Of a stretch of 64,000 nucleotides of DNA, positions 1-10,911 are shown one piece after another. How positions within the stretch are numbered: the first letter of the stretch is position 1; the number at the start of each line of letters is the position of its first letter. The position numbers and the translations under genes were made by a program. The stretch comes from an uncultured Actinomycetes bacterium (GTDB lineage Bacteria; Actinomycetota; Acidimicrobiia; IMCC26256; PALSA-610): positions 1,470 through 65,469 of the forward strand of contig CAVXFO010000008.1 of assembly GCA_963761055.1 (NCBI GenBank), written 5' to 3'. The notes beneath the pieces are model-generated. The model was not told the origin of the DNA, made no database searches, and saw nothing but the letters and a program-made list of their open reading frames with translations.

Positions 1-110
1 CCGACGACGTCACCTACGTCGAGATCAAGGGCGCGCCGCACTACCTCGAGGGCCACCGTCGAGAAGCGATGGAGATCGTCGCCGACTGGATCCGCAAGCG
101 CTTCCCCTAG
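1..110 (+). CDS. 3' end of a probable alpha/beta hydrolase (partial)
   Basis: Manual translation DDVTYVEIKGAPHYLEGHRREAMEIVADWIRKRFP*, resembling the catalytic-His C-terminus of alpha/beta hydrolases; truncated by the window. Confidence 0.5.
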   Translation, partial: DDVTYVEIKGAPHYLEGHRREAMEIVADWIRKRFP

Positions 111-161
111 GCCGAGGGCGTTCGGCCGGTCGTTTGCGGAGTCTTCGAGTTGGTGGAGGCC

Positions 162-755
162 TCAGCGGGGCGGGCGGCTGACGTTGGGCTCGCCGGGCAC
201 GTAGAAGCGGTACGGGAGCCGCTCACCCTTTCCCGAGGCAAGGCCGATGCGCGCAGAGACGCCGGGGCGGTCGGGCGGCGGAACTCCGTCGTCGACGATG
301 CGCAACGGGCCCCGCAGGAGGCTCGTACCGTCGAACGAACGATCGGCGGCGAACGCCTGCCCGAGCCGGCCCGGCCCGGCCGCGAGATCTCGGTCGCGGT
401 TCGCCTTGAGGCGCCGGGCCCGCATCACGTCGAGTCCGTCGAGCGGGGCCGCGGCCCGCAAGAGCACGGCGTTGGGGGTGGCGCCCGGTCCACACACCGC
501 GTTCATGCACCAGTGGTTGCCGTAGCTGAAATAGACGTACAGCGTTCCCGGTGGTCCGAACATCGAGGCGATGCGCGGCGTCGGCCCCCGGAACGAATGG
601 CTCCCGGGATCCAACGCCGCGCGATACGCCTCGACCTCGACCAGACGGGCCGAGACATCGTTGCCGACCAGAACCTTGTTGAGGAGGTCGGGCGCGACCT
701 CGAGCGAATCGCGGTCGAAGAACCCACGCGTCAGGGCGTGTGTGCGACGAGCCAC
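162..755 (-). CDS. mpg: DNA-3-methyladenine glycosylase (MPG/AAG family)
   Basis: RLVEVEAY, YVYFSYGNHWCMN, VLLRA and GPGRL motifs. Confidence 0.92.
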   Translation of the reverse strand: MARRTHALTRGFFDRDSLEVAPDLLNKVLVGNDVSARLVEVEAYRAALDPGSHSFRGPTPRIASMFGPPGTLYVYFSYGNHWCMNAVCGPGATPNAVLLRAAAPLDGLDVMRARRLKANRDRDLAAGPGRLGQAFAADRSFDGTSLLRGPLRIVDDGVPPPDRPGVSARIGLASGKGERLPYRFYVPGEPNVSRPPR

Positions 756-2170
756 GTCTGTTGGCGCTCAATGCGTTCGCGCGCTTGTTCGAGCTGGACC
801 ACCATCGGGCCGGGGCCGCCACCTCCGGGGGTCGTACGCCGTCGCACCGCACTTCCCGGCTCGAGGAACACCAGGTAGCCCGGACCGAGGCGGGGGTCGT
901 TCGACACCAGCTCCTCGAGCGGCACTCCCCGCTCGACCGACTGGCGCACCACGGTGCCCACGATCGCGTGGGCCTCCCGGAACGGGACTCCCTGGCGCAC
1001 GAGATGCTCGGCGATGTCCGTGGCCGCGTTGAACGGGCTGTCGGCGCCGGCGGTCATCACCGTGTCGACGAACGTCGCGGTCGCCATGAGGCCGGTCAGC
1101 GCGCTCAGCGACAGCGCACACGTGTCGAGCGCGTCGAACAGCGGCTCCTTGTCCTCTTGCAGATCGCGGTTGTAGGCGAGCGGCAGCGACTTCAAGGTGG
1201 CAAGGAACCCGGTCAGGTCACCGATGAGCCGTCCCGCCTTCCCACGAGCGAGCTCGGCGATGTCGGGGTTCTTCTTCTGCGGCAGCATCGAGGAACCCGT
1301 CGTGTACGCGTCTGGGAGGCGCATGAAGCCGAACTCGTCGGTCGACCACAGCACGATCTCCTCACCGAGGCGCGAAAGGTGCACCTGGGTGAGCGCGGCG
1401 ACGAAGAGCGCCTCCGCCACGAAGTCGCGGTCGGAGACCGCGTCGAGCGAATTCTCGAACGCCCGGCCGAAGTCGAGTGCGGTCGCGACCGACTCCGGAT
1501 CGAGGGGCAGGCTCGAACCGGCGAGCGCGCCCGCTCCCAACGGCGATACGTCGGCGCGCGCGAGACAGTCGTGCCAGCGGTCGACGTCGCGCGAGAGCGC
1601 CCAGAAGTGCGCCAGCAAGTGGTGCGCGAGCAACACCGGCTGTGCGCGTTGCAGATGTGTGTAGCCGGGCAGCGCGATTTCGGTCGTCTCCCCTGCCCGT
1701 TGCAGGAGAACGCGCTGCAGCTCCTGGATCCGAGCCGCCACCATGCGACCTTCCCGGCGGAGGTAGAGGCGAAGGTCGAGCGCTACCTGGTCGTTGCGGC
1801 TGCGCCCTGTATGCAACTTGGCTCCGACAGTTCCCGCGATCTCGGTGACCCGCCGCTCGATCGCGGTGTGGATGTCTTCGTCCGAAGGTGCGAACGTGAA
1901 GGTGTCGTCGTCGAGCTCTTCTTCGACGCGATCGAGCGCGGCGATGACAACGCCCCGTTCCGACTCGGTCAACAGACCGACCCGGGCGAGCATCTGCACG
2001 TGCGCGCGCGAACCACGGAGGTCGTCGCCCGCCAGGCGCCGGTCGAACGGGAGGCTGACCGTGAACGCGAGCAACTCGTCGGCCGGTCCCTCACCGAACC
2101 GGCCGTGCCACAGCGGCCGGCCGCCCGCAGTATCGGCCCCGGGCTCGGGCTCCGGTTCGCGTGACGTCAT
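731..2170 (-). CDS. argH: argininosuccinate lyase
   Basis: LWHGRF, LHTGRSRNDQV, GSSMLPQKKNPD; ATG 2170 overlaps the argG stop. Confidence 0.96.
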   Translation of the reverse strand: MTSREPEPEPGADTAGGRPLWHGRFGEGPADELLAFTVSLPFDRRLAGDDLRGSRAHVQMLARVGLLTESERGVVIAALDRVEEELDDDTFTFAPSDEDIHTAIERRVTEIAGTVGAKLHTGRSRNDQVALDLRLYLRREGRMVAARIQELQRVLLQRAGETTEIALPGYTHLQRAQPVLLAHHLLAHFWALSRDVDRWHDCLARADVSPLGAGALAGSSLPLDPESVATALDFGRAFENSLDAVSDRDFVAEALFVAALTQVHLSRLGEEIVLWSTDEFGFMRLPDAYTTGSSMLPQKKNPDIAELARGKAGRLIGDLTGFLATLKSLPLAYNRDLQEDKEPLFDALDTCALSLSALTGLMATATFVDTVMTAGADSPFNAATDIAEHLVRQGVPFREAHAIVGTVVRQSVERGVPLEELVSNDPRLGPGYLVFLEPGSAVRRRTTPGGGGPGPMVVQLEQARERIERQQTWLVAHTP

Positions 2171-3375
2171 GAAGCCCCCGGACCCTGGCGTCGCGACCAC
2201 GTCTCGGCCGACAGACCCCAGAGTCGCACGAAGCCTTCGGAGTCCTGGTGGCGGAAGGCGTCGCCCGCGTCGTACGTCGCGAGATCGTGGTCGTACAGCC
2301 CCCGCGGCGCCCGCCGGCCGACGGGATCGCAGCGTCCGGGCTCGAGCCGGAGCCGCACCTCCCCCGTCACGTGCTCCTGCGTCGTGTCGACAAAGGCCGC
2401 GAGCGCCCCCATCAGCGGTGCGTGCCACATGCCGTCGTAGATCAACTCGGCGACCCGGATCTCGATCCGCTGCTTCTCGCGGCGAGGTCACGCTCCAACG
2501 TGATGCCCTCGAGGTCCTTGTGCGCCATGATCAGCGCGAGCGATGCGGGGCACTCGTAGACCTCGCGGCTCTTGATCCCGACCCGCCGGTTCTCGACCAT
2601 GTCGATCCGGCCCCAGCCGTAGTCGCCCACCGTCTTGCCGATCGTCTCGATCAGCGCGACGAGACCGACGCGGGTGCCGTCGATCGCCACCGGAACCCCG
2701 CGCTCGAACGCGACGATGATCTCCTTCGAGTCGCGGGGCGCGTCCTTGGTATTGCGGGTGAGCGTGTAGGGCGCTTCCGGCGCGGCCGACCACGGGTTCT
2801 CGAGGACTCCGCACTCGATCGCGCGGCCCCACATGTTCTCGTCGATCGAGTACAGCTTCTCCTTCGACGCCGAGATCGGGATCTCCCACTTGTCTGCGAG
2901 CTCGATGCAGTCGGCGCGGCGTGAGTCCCCAGACCCGAACGGGTGCCATCACGTCGAGGTCGGGGGCCAAGATGCGGGACGACACCTCGAAGCGCACCTG
3001 GTCGTTGCCCTTGCCCGTGCATCCATGACCGACCGCGTCGGCCCGGTGCCGGCGCGCGGAGGCGACGAGATGCTCGACGATGACCGGCCGCGAGAGGGCG
3101 GAGACCAACGGGTACTTGCCCTCGTACAGCGCGTTGGCCCGCAGGGCCGGCACGAGGAAGTCGCTCGCGAACTGCTCGCGGGCGTCGATGATCTCGGTCT
3201 CGACCGCACCCGCCGCCGCGGCGCGCTCGCGGATCGTGTCCTCCTCGCCTTCGGCGAGTTGACCGACGTCGACCGCGCAGGCGATGACCTCGACTCCCCA
3301 TTCCTCGCGCATCCAACGGACCGCCACCGACGTGTCGAGGCCTCCCGAATATGCGAGCACGACTCGCTTCGCCAC
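2167..3375 (-). CDS. argG: argininosuccinate synthase (frameshifted near 2915 and 2480)
   Basis: [25 protein letters not shown] and [14 protein letters not shown] spread over three frames. Confidence 0.93.
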
Positions 3376-3392
3376 GATGTGTTCTCCCTTGG

Positions 3393-3863
3393 TCAGAGGC
3401 CGACGAGACCGGCGAGATCGGCGGCAACGGCGGCGCCCCCGACGGATTCCATGCATACGACGACGACGGTGTCGTCACCCGCGATCGTGCCGAGCACCGA
3501 GGCCAGCGCGGCCCGGTCGAGCGCGGATGCAACCACGTGCGCGCTACCAGGGGGCGTGCGGAGCACCACCAGATTGGCGCTGTGGGAGACCTCGACGACG
3601 AACTCGCTGAGTAGGCGTTTGAGATGGTCGTCCGAGGGTGCTCGTTCGCGCGTGTACTCCGGGATCGCGTACGCGAGCGCGCCACCCGGGATGCGGACCT
3701 TGACCGCCCCGAGGTCCTCGAGGTCGCGGCTCACCGTGGCCTGGGTCGCGACGATGCCTTCGGCTTCGAGGAGCTGTACCAGTTGTGCCTGGCTCGAGAT
3801 CGGCTGGTCCTCGAGCATCCGCAGGATGCGGTGCTGGCGTTGGGGTTTGCCGAGCGTCGTCAT
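3393..3863 (-). CDS. argR: arginine repressor
   Basis: [13 protein letters not shown] and GTIAGDDT motifs. Confidence 0.96.
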   Translation of the reverse strand: MTTLGKPQRQHRILRMLEDQPISSQAQLVQLLEAEGIVATQATVSRDLEDLGAVKVRIPGGALAYAIPEYTRERAPSDDHLKRLLSEFVVEVSHSANLVVLRTPPGSAHVVASALDRAALASVLGTIAGDDTVVVVCMESVGGAAVAADLAGLVGL

Positions 3864-4774
3864 CAGCGCCGCTCCCGAAGGAGCTCGACCAACAGCGAAC
3901 GGACCGAGTGCATGCGGTTGCCCGCCTGGTGCCACACGACCGACTGCGGCCCGTCGATGACGTCGGCGGCGACTTCCTCGCCGCGGTGCGCGGGCAGGCA
4001 GTGCATGAAGATCGCGTGCTCGCTCGCGGCTTTCATAAGCGCGGCGTCGATCGTCCAGCCGGCGAAGGCACGCAGGCGTTGCCGGCGTTCGGCCTCTTGC
4101 CCCATCGACGTCCAGACGTCGGTATAGACGGCGTCGACCCCGCGCACGGCGTCATAGGCGTCGTTTCCGACCTCGATCGTCCCGCCGAGGTTGCGGGCTC
4201 GATCCACGACGTGCGGATCGAGCTCGTAGCCCTCCGGGGTGGCGACAACGAGCTCGACACCGGACAGCGCCGCCCCGAATGCGAGCGACGCGGCGACGTT
4301 GTTGCCGTCGCCGACGTACGCGATGCGACGGCCTTCGAGGTTGCCGAAATGCTCCTGGATGGTGAGTAGGTCGGCGAGCGCCTGCACCGGGTGGGCCGTG
4401 TCGGAGAGGAGGTTCACGACCGGCGTGTCGACCACCGCGGCCATGCGCACCAGGGTCTGGTGGTCGAAGACTCGCGCCGCGATCGCGGCGCACATCGATG
4501 CGAGCGTGCGGGCGACATCCTCCACGACCTCGCGGGCGTCGAGGCCCACCTCCTCTTCGCGCACCTGGATCGGGTGGCCACCGAGCGTCGCGACCGCCAT
4601 CTCGATCGAGACACGAGTGCGGGCCGACGGTTTCTGGAACAGCGCCGCGACACCTTTTCCCGCGAGCACCGGCGGGACCGCGCCCGGGTCGGCCTTCCAC
4701 GCGATCGCGTCGTCGAGAATCCGCCGCAAGCGCACCGGGTCGAGATCGTCGATCTCGAGTAGCTGCGCGGTCAT
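3863..4774 (-). CDS. argF: ornithine carbamoyltransferase
   Basis: SARTR, HPVQALAD and HCLPAHRGEEV motifs; arg operon context. Confidence 0.95.
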   Translation of the reverse strand: MTAQLLEIDDLDPVRLRRILDDAIAWKADPGAVPPVLAGKGVAALFQKPSARTRVSIEMAVATLGGHPIQVREEEVGLDAREVVEDVARTLASMCAAIAARVFDHQTLVRMAAVVDTPVVNLLSDTAHPVQALADLLTIQEHFGNLEGRRIAYVGDGNNVAASLAFGAALSGVELVVATPEGYELDPHVVDRARNLGGTIEVGNDAYDAVRGVDAVYTDVWTSMGQEAERRQRLRAFAGWTIDAALMKAASEHAIFMHCLPAHRGEEVAADVIDGPQSVVWHQAGNRMHSVRSLLVELLRERR

Positions 4775-5997
4775 ACCGACCGCTCTCCAGTGCGTGAGCC
4801 CGCGAGCGAGTCGGCAAGTGCGTCCGCGAGGCGGGCGACCGCGTCGTCGATCTCGGCGTCGGATACGAGCAGTGGCGGTGCGAATCGCAACGCGCTCGGC
4901 GTCACCGCGTTCACGACGAGACCGCGGTCGAGGCACTTTCGCGCGACGTCCCTGGCGTCGATCCCGGAGGCCAGCTCGGCCGCGATCAGCAGCCCCGCAC
5001 CCCGCACCTCCGAGACTCCGTCGAGCTTCGACAACGACTCGACGAGTCGCGTCCCGGCCCGCGCCGCCCGTGCGGGTACGCCTTCGCGTTCCATGATGTC
5101 GAGGACCGCGAGGGCGGCGCGCGCGGCGAGCGGCTGGCCGCCGAAGGTCGTGGCATGGTCGCCGGGCGCGAAGGCGGCCGCGACTTCGGCTCGGGCCCAG
5201 CACGCACCGATCGGCACCCCGTTGCCGAGCGCCTTGGCCATCGTCACCACGTCGGGCCGAACTCCCGAGTGCTCGAAGCCGAACCAGTGCCCGGTACGGC
5301 CGAGCCCGGTCTGCACCTCGTCCATGATCAGCAGTGCTTCGCGCTCGTCACAGAGCTCACGCACGCCGTGGAGGTACTCGGTCGACGCCGGGTTGACACC
5401 GCCTTCGCCCTGTACCGACTCGAGGAGCACGGCCGCGACCCGGTCGTCCATCGCACCCGCGAGCGCGTCGAGGTCGTCGAACGCGACCTGCCGGAAGCCC
5501 TCGGGCAATGGCTGGAACGTCTCTTGCTTTTGCGGTTGCCCGGTCGCGGCGAGCGTGGTGAGCGTACGACCGTGGAACGACGCGTACGCGCTGAGGACGT
5601 GGAACCGTCCGGGGCCGCCGTTGCGCTGCCCGTGACGCCGGGCGAGCTTGATCGCACACTCGTTCGCCTCCGCCCCCGAATTGCAGAAGAACACCCGGCC
5701 GCCGCCGCCGAGAAGCGCGTTCAGCCGGGCGGCGACCTTGGGCTGTACGTCGTTGTAATAGAGGTTCGACACGTGCAGCAGCGTGCTCGCCTGGTCGGCG
5801 ATCGCGGCCGCCACCTCCGGATGCGCGTGCCCGAGCGAGGTGACGGCGAGGCCGGTGAGGAAGTCGAGGTACTCCTTGCCGGTGCTGTCGTAGAGCAGCG
5901 TCCCCGCGCCGCGGACGAACGCGACCGGCAGCCGGCCGTATGTCTGCATGACGTTCTCGGCGTCGAGCGCCTCGAGTTCGGCGAGAGAGATGCTCAT
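4771..5997 (-). CDS. argD: acetylornithine aminotransferase
   Basis: NSGAEANE, FHGRT, DEVQTGLGRTG and AKALGNG (class III PLP aminotransferase). Confidence 0.95.
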   Translation of the reverse strand: MSISLAELEALDAENVMQTYGRLPVAFVRGAGTLLYDSTGKEYLDFLTGLAVTSLGHAHPEVAAAIADQASTLLHVSNLYYNDVQPKVAARLNALLGGGGRVFFCNSGAEANECAIKLARRHGQRNGGPGRFHVLSAYASFHGRTLTTLAATGQPQKQETFQPLPEGFRQVAFDDLDALAGAMDDRVAAVLLESVQGEGGVNPASTEYLHGVRELCDEREALLIMDEVQTGLGRTGHWFGFEHSGVRPDVVTMAKALGNGVPIGACWARAEVAAAFAPGDHATTFGGQPLAARAALAVLDIMEREGVPARAARAGTRLVESLSKLDGVSEVRGAGLLIAAELASGIDARDVARKCLDRGLVVNAVTPSALRFAPPLLVSDAEIDDAVARLADALADSLAGSRTGERSV

Positions 5998-6022
5998 GCG
6001 GCTCCGTCCTCCGCCCGGCGTG

Positions 6023-6949
6023 TCATGGATGCACCATCGTTCCGACGCCCTCTCGGGTGAAGAATTCGAGCAGGAGCGCGTGCGGGAGGCGCCCGTCGAG
6101 GATGTGCGCGGTCCGCACACCGTTGCGCAGAGCGGCGACACACGACTCGAGCTTGGGGATCATGCCTTCGGATGCCTTGCCGTCGGCGATGAGCTTCTCC
6201 AGCCCGTCGACACCGACGCGCGAGATCAGGGTCGACTCGTCGGGCCAGTCGCCGTACACACCGACAACATCGGTGAGGTAAACGAGCTTCTCGGCACCGA
6301 GCGACTCGGCGATCGCGCCCGCGACAGTGTCGGCGTTGATGTTGTACGCCTGGCCGTCGTCATCGACGCCGATGGTCGCGATGACCGGGATGAATTCCTC
6401 CCGCAGCAACCGCAGGACCATCGTCGCGTCGATCGAACGCACGTCGCCGACGAAACCGAGGCGGGGGTCACGCTGGTCGACGCGGATGAGCCCCGCGTCC
6501 TCCCCCGACATCCCGACCGCGTACGAACCGTGGCGGTTCACCATCGAGACGATCTCGCGGTTGACCTTGCCGACGAGCGCCATGCGGACGATGTCGACCG
6601 TCTCGGCGTCGGTGACCCGGCGACCGTCGACGAATTCCGGTTCTTTGCCCAAACGGCGCATGAGGTCGGTGATCTGCGGTCCGCCACCGTGCACGACGAC
6701 CGGGTTCATGCCAACCAGACGCATCAGCACGACGTCGGTCGCGAACAGCTCCGCGAGCTCGTCGTTCTCCATCGCGTGCCCGCCGTACTTGATGACGACG
6801 GTCCGGCCCGAGAACTCCCGGATGTACGGCAGCGCTTCGGCGAGAATGTGCGCCTTCTCCCCCGCGTCCTTCACCCGCGCAGCGACGGAGGTCGTGTCGA
6901 TGGAGCTCGGCGCGTAGTCGCCGGCATTCAGGGCGCCCGACTCGCTCAT
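6023..6949 (-). CDS. argB: acetylglutamate kinase
   Basis: VIKYGGHAM, VHGGGPQI, NINAD and GMIPK motifs. Confidence 0.96.
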   Translation of the reverse strand: MSESGALNAGDYAPSSIDTTSVAARVKDAGEKAHILAEALPYIREFSGRTVVIKYGGHAMENDELAELFATDVVLMRLVGMNPVVVHGGGPQITDLMRRLGKEPEFVDGRRVTDAETVDIVRMALVGKVNREIVSMVNRHGSYAVGMSGEDAGLIRVDQRDPRLGFVGDVRSIDATMVLRLLREEFIPVIATIGVDDDGQAYNINADTVAGAIAESLGAEKLVYLTDVVGVYGDWPDESTLISRVGVDGLEKLIADGKASEGMIPKLESCVAALRNGVRTAHILDGRLPHALLLEFFTREGVGTMVHP

Positions 6950-8109
6950 GACGTCCGCCGGTTCTCGTCGATGTAGGCGTGCGAGAGGTCGGTGGTCAGG
7001 ATCGTCGCCTCACCGTGCTCGACTCGAAGGTCGCAGAGGATCTCGATGTCGATTCCCGCCAGTTCGCGGGCGACGGCGGCTTCGTCGTGCGCGGCAGGCG
7101 ATGCCGTCGCGGCACACCATGACGCCGTTGTAAGAGATGTCGACGGCTTCGGGATCGAGGTGCGCGCCGCTCGCCCCGAGCTCGGAGAGCACCCGACCCC
7201 AATAAGGATCGTTGCCGTTCAACGAGCACTGGACGAGTTGACTGTCGGCGACGGCCCGGGCCGCGACGCGTGCCTCGCCGTCGTTGCGCGCACCGACGAC
7301 GCGGACGCGGACGAACTTGTTCGCACCTTCGGCGTCGCGCGCCATCTGCTCGGCGAGCGAACCGCACACCTCGGTCAGCGCGCCGGTCAGGACGTGCAGG
7401 TCGACCGGGCCCGCGCGCCGCCGGCGAGGAGGAGCACCGTGTCGTTCGTGGAACGGCAACCGTCAACCGAGAGACAGTCGAACGTCTCGCTCACGGAGCG
7501 CGCGAGCGCCCGCTGTAGCACGGTGTGCTCGACGGCGGCGTCGGTCGTGACGACGGCGAGCATCGTTGCCATTGCCGGCGACAGCATCGCAGCACCCTTG
7601 GCCATACCGCCAACGGTCGCGGCGCCGGCACGCGCGACCGACTCCTTGGGCTTGGTGTCGGTCGTCATCATCGCCCGGGCCGCGCGGCCGCCGCCGTCGG
7701 GCGCGAGTTGGTCGCAGACCTCGGGGATGCCGGCCTCGAGCGCGTCCATCGGCATCGGGATCCCGATCAGGCCGGTCGAGCACACGAGCACGTCGTCGGC
7801 ATCGAGCGAGAGTGCGTCCGCGGCCAGGTCGCACATGCGCTGCGCGTCGCGCCGTCCGGGCTCCCCCGTCGCCGCGTTGGCGTTGCCGGAGCTCAACACG
7901 ACGGCCGCGGCGCGCCCGTTGGCGAGGTGCCGGCGCGAGACCTGCACCGGCGCCGCCTGCGCGAGGTTCGTCGTGAACACGCCCGCGGCCGCGACCGGCA
8001 TACCGTCGCCGGTCGCGACGAGGGCGAGATCGGGGTCGCCCGACGGTTTGATCCCGCAGGCGATCCCCGCGGCAACGAAGCCGGGGACGGCGGTGACGCC
8101 CGACGTCAC
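6946..8109 (-). CDS. argJ: bifunctional ornithine acetyltransferase (frameshifted near 7420 and 7050-7090)
   Basis: SGNANAATG, GMAKGAAMLSPAMATML, STNDT and DPYWGR motifs. Confidence 0.92.
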
Positions 8110-9140
8110 GGCTGGATCCCGAGGAGCGGCAGACCCGTGGTCTCCGGGAGACCGAGCAGAATGTTGGCCGCTTGAATCATCTGTCCGGACGCCCCCTTCA
8201 CCAGGTTGTCCTCGGCGGCGATCGCGATGACGGTGCCGGTGCGTTCGTCGAAGCGCACCGTGACGTGCAGGATGTTGGCGCCGTAGGTTGCCTTGGTGCC
8301 CGATGGCTCGTCGACGACGACGACGCACGGATCGCTCGAGTAGTACTCGCGGTAGTGCTCCAACAAGCGAGCCGTCGAGAGCCCTGTGGTCTGCGGACGG
8401 GCGTAGCACGTGGCGAGGATCCCACGAGTCGCCGGAACGAGGTGGGGTGTGAAGAGCACGTCGACAGGCCGGCGGGCGACCTTCGACAGCGCTTGTTCCA
8501 TCTCCGCAGTGTGCCGATGCGTGAGCAACCCGTACGCGGAGACGTTTTCGTTCGCTTCGGAGAACAGGCTGGTTGTCCTGAGCGCACGCCCGGCGCCCGA
8601 CACGCCCGAGACGGCGTCGGCGATGAGGCGCGGCTCGACGAGACCCAGCGCGAACAGCGGCGCGCAGGCCAGGCTGACCGCGGTGGGATAGCAACCGGGC
8701 GCGGCGACGTGATCGTGAGTGGCGAGCTCGTCGCGGTAGAGCTCCACCATCCCGTACGCGAACCGACCGACGACCTCGGGGGCGCGGTGTGTCTCGCCAT
8801 ACCAGCGTGCGTACGTATCGGGTGGCAGCCGAAAGTCGGCGCCGAGGTCGATCACGTGTGACACGTCGTCGACGAGCCCGGGCAGGAGGTCCTGGCTCGC
8901 TCCGTGGGGCAGCATGCAGAACACCAGATCGAGTCCGCGGAGGTCGGCGATGTCGAGCGGTTCGAGGACGACATCCCCGTACGCGGGCGCGAGCGACGGG
9001 TAGAGATCGGCGATCCGGCCGCCCGCGTTCGCCGCGGCCGTCACGTGCACGACCTCGATCTCCGGGTGCGCGGCCAGCAATCGGAGAGCCTCGACCCCCG
9101 TATAGCCTGACGCGCCCACCACGGCCGCTCGATACGCCAT
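8106..9140 (-). CDS. argC: N-acetyl-gamma-glutamyl-phosphate reductase
   Basis: VGASGYTG, APGCYPT, SGVSGAGR and DNLVKGASGQ motifs. Confidence 0.96.
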   Translation of the reverse strand: MAYRAAVVGASGYTGVEALRLLAAHPEIEVVHVTAAANAGGRIADLYPSLAPAYGDVVLEPLDIADLRGLDLVFCMLPHGASQDLLPGLVDDVSHVIDLGADFRLPPDTYARWYGETHRAPEVVGRFAYGMVELYRDELATHDHVAAPGCYPTAVSLACAPLFALGLVEPRLIADAVSGVSGAGRALRTTSLFSEANENVSAYGLLTHRHTAEMEQALSKVARRPVDVLFTPHLVPATRGILATCYARPQTTGLSTARLLEHYREYYSSDPCVVVVDEPSGTKATYGANILHVTVRFDERTGTVIAIAAEDNLVKGASGQMIQAANILLGLPETTGLPLLGIQP

Positions 9141-9170
9141 AGCGCATATAATACACACGGGTGCATATGA
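9141..9170. promoter_or_regulatory. AT-rich candidate ARG box / divergent promoter region
   Basis: CGCATATAATACA...TGCATATGA directly upstream of argC resembles TGCATA-N3-ATGCA ARG boxes but is one base short of canonical spacing. Confidence 0.4.
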
Positions 9171-9581
9171 CCTCGAAGGCGTTTTCCGATCTCGGGCCGC
9201 GGCGACCCGCTCGCTCCCCTGCACACCACCGTTTCCGCCGCCGCCAACGAGCGGTACTGGCGGGCTGCAGGCGTCGAGCACCCGGCTCTCGCCGCGGGAG
9301 CGCTCTACCCGCCGATCGCAGCCAACCTGACCGTGCTCTGCTTCGGCCGGCTGTGCGGCGACGCCGTGATCCAGACCCGCCAGATCCTGCGGTGTCACCG
9401 CCGGGTCGAAGCCGGCGCGGACCTGGTGACGGCGGGCCGGGTCACCCGTCGCTACGAGAAGCGAGGCCGCATATACGTCGACGTCGAGACGACGGTCAGC
9501 ACCTCCGACGATCCGAACGACGTGGTGTGGACGTCGGAGGTGTCGTTCACCCCGGCGGCGACGCTCGGGTTGTCCTCGTGA
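9167..9581 (+). CDS. hotdog-fold (MaoC/FAS-dehydratase-like) protein, frameshifted near the 5' end
   Basis: GRVTRRYEKRGRIYVDVETTV strand pattern typical of hotdog folds. Confidence 0.55.
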
Positions 9582-9976
9582 TCCAACGGCGAAACCGCAC
9601 CCTCGCCGTCACCGAGGACCTCGTGCGCGCGTACTCGCGGCGCGGGAATTACCACTCCGATCCCACGTTGTCGGCGGAGCTGCGGCTACCCGGCCTGGTC
9701 GCCCAGGGAGTACAGGCGGCCGGACCCGCGTACGGGTTGTTGCTCGACGAATGGGGCGAGGAGTTCCTCGCCCACGGTGAGATCGAGATGCGGTTCGTCG
9801 GCATCGTGCTCGCGGGCGACACGATCGATGCAACCATCGAGATCGACGCCGGCACCGACGCCGATGCCGCGACATTCACGGTCGCCGACACCACCGCCGC
9901 GCACACCGCCGTCGTCGGGCGCGCTCGCCGATCTCGAACTTCGCGGCCGGGCACCGCGCGACGCTGGAACCCATGA
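9578..9976 (+). CDS. MaoC-family dehydratase
   Basis: GNYHSD...[22 protein letters not shown] overlap with the previous gene. Confidence 0.7.
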   Translation: MIQRRNRTLAVTEDLVRAYSRRGNYHSDPTLSAELRLPGLVAQGVQAAGPAYGLLLDEWGEEFLAHGEIEMRFVGIVLAGDTIDATIEIDAGTDADAATFTVADTTAAHTAVVGRARRSRTSRPGTARRWNP

Positions 9977-10448
9977 CCGAACCACTGCACCCCGACGTCG
10001 CCCCGCTCGCGTTCCTCCTCGGCCGCTGGTCGGGAGCGGGGCACGGGGTGTACCCGACGATCGAGCCCTTCGACTACGACGAGACCATCACGTTCGGCCA
10101 CCTCGGCAAGCCGTTCCTGACGTACTCGCAGGGGACCCGTCATCGCGTCGACGGCCGGCGGCTACACGCCGAGGCCGGTTTCTGGCGCCTCCCGCGCCCG
10201 GGCACGTCGAGTTGGTCCTCGCCCACCCGAACGGGCTCGTCGAGGTGAGCGAAGGGACGATCGACAACACAACCATCGCGCTGCGATCGACGACCGTGGC
10301 CGGTACCGGCTCGGCCAAGGAGGTCACCGCCGTGGAACGCGACTTCGCCTTCGACGGGGTGGCCACGCTGCGTTACGCGCTGCGGATGGAAGCGGTCGGT
10401 CAACCCCTCTCGCACCACCTCTCGGCCGAACTCCGCCACGACACGTGA
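9973..10448 (+). CDS. nitrobindin/FABP-like (DUF1794) protein, frameshifted near 10200
   Basis: [27 protein letters not shown] and HLSAEL motifs. Confidence 0.85.
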
Positions 10449-10473
10449 GCCGCCGCAGGTCCCGTGCCTACCG

Positions 10474-10891
10474 TCAGGCCGGTCCCCGGGAAGCGTTGAC
10501 CCGTGCTTCGAGCGCGACTCGTACCTTTTCCGGGATCGAGATCGAGGTGTTCTTCCCCGGCTGCACCGCCACGTAGGTGATGGTCGCGGTACAGGCCTCG
10601 CGCCCGTCGACGCGGGCCGTGTAACACAGGTCGAACGACTTCGTACCGAGCCGGACCGGCGCGACCTCGATGTCGATCCACTGGTCGAAACGGGCCGAGC
10701 CCTTCCAATCGACGACTGCCGCGCACGAGCATGACGTCGAACTCGACCGTCCAGAAGTCGGGCCCGAAGCCGAGTGTCTCCATGAAGCGCGTGCAGGAGT
10801 CGTCGAAGTAGGTGAGCCAGTGCGCGTTGAACACCACGCCCTGCCCGTCGATCTCGGCGTACCGCACCCGGATGCGGTGGACGAACACCAT
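10474..10891 (-). CDS. acyl-CoA thioesterase (4HBT/YbgC-like), frameshifted near 10725
   Basis: RVRYAEIDGQGVVFNAHWLTYFD motif. Confidence 0.85.
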
Positions 10892-10911
10892 GCCGTCGAG
10901 GTCGCGGTCGC

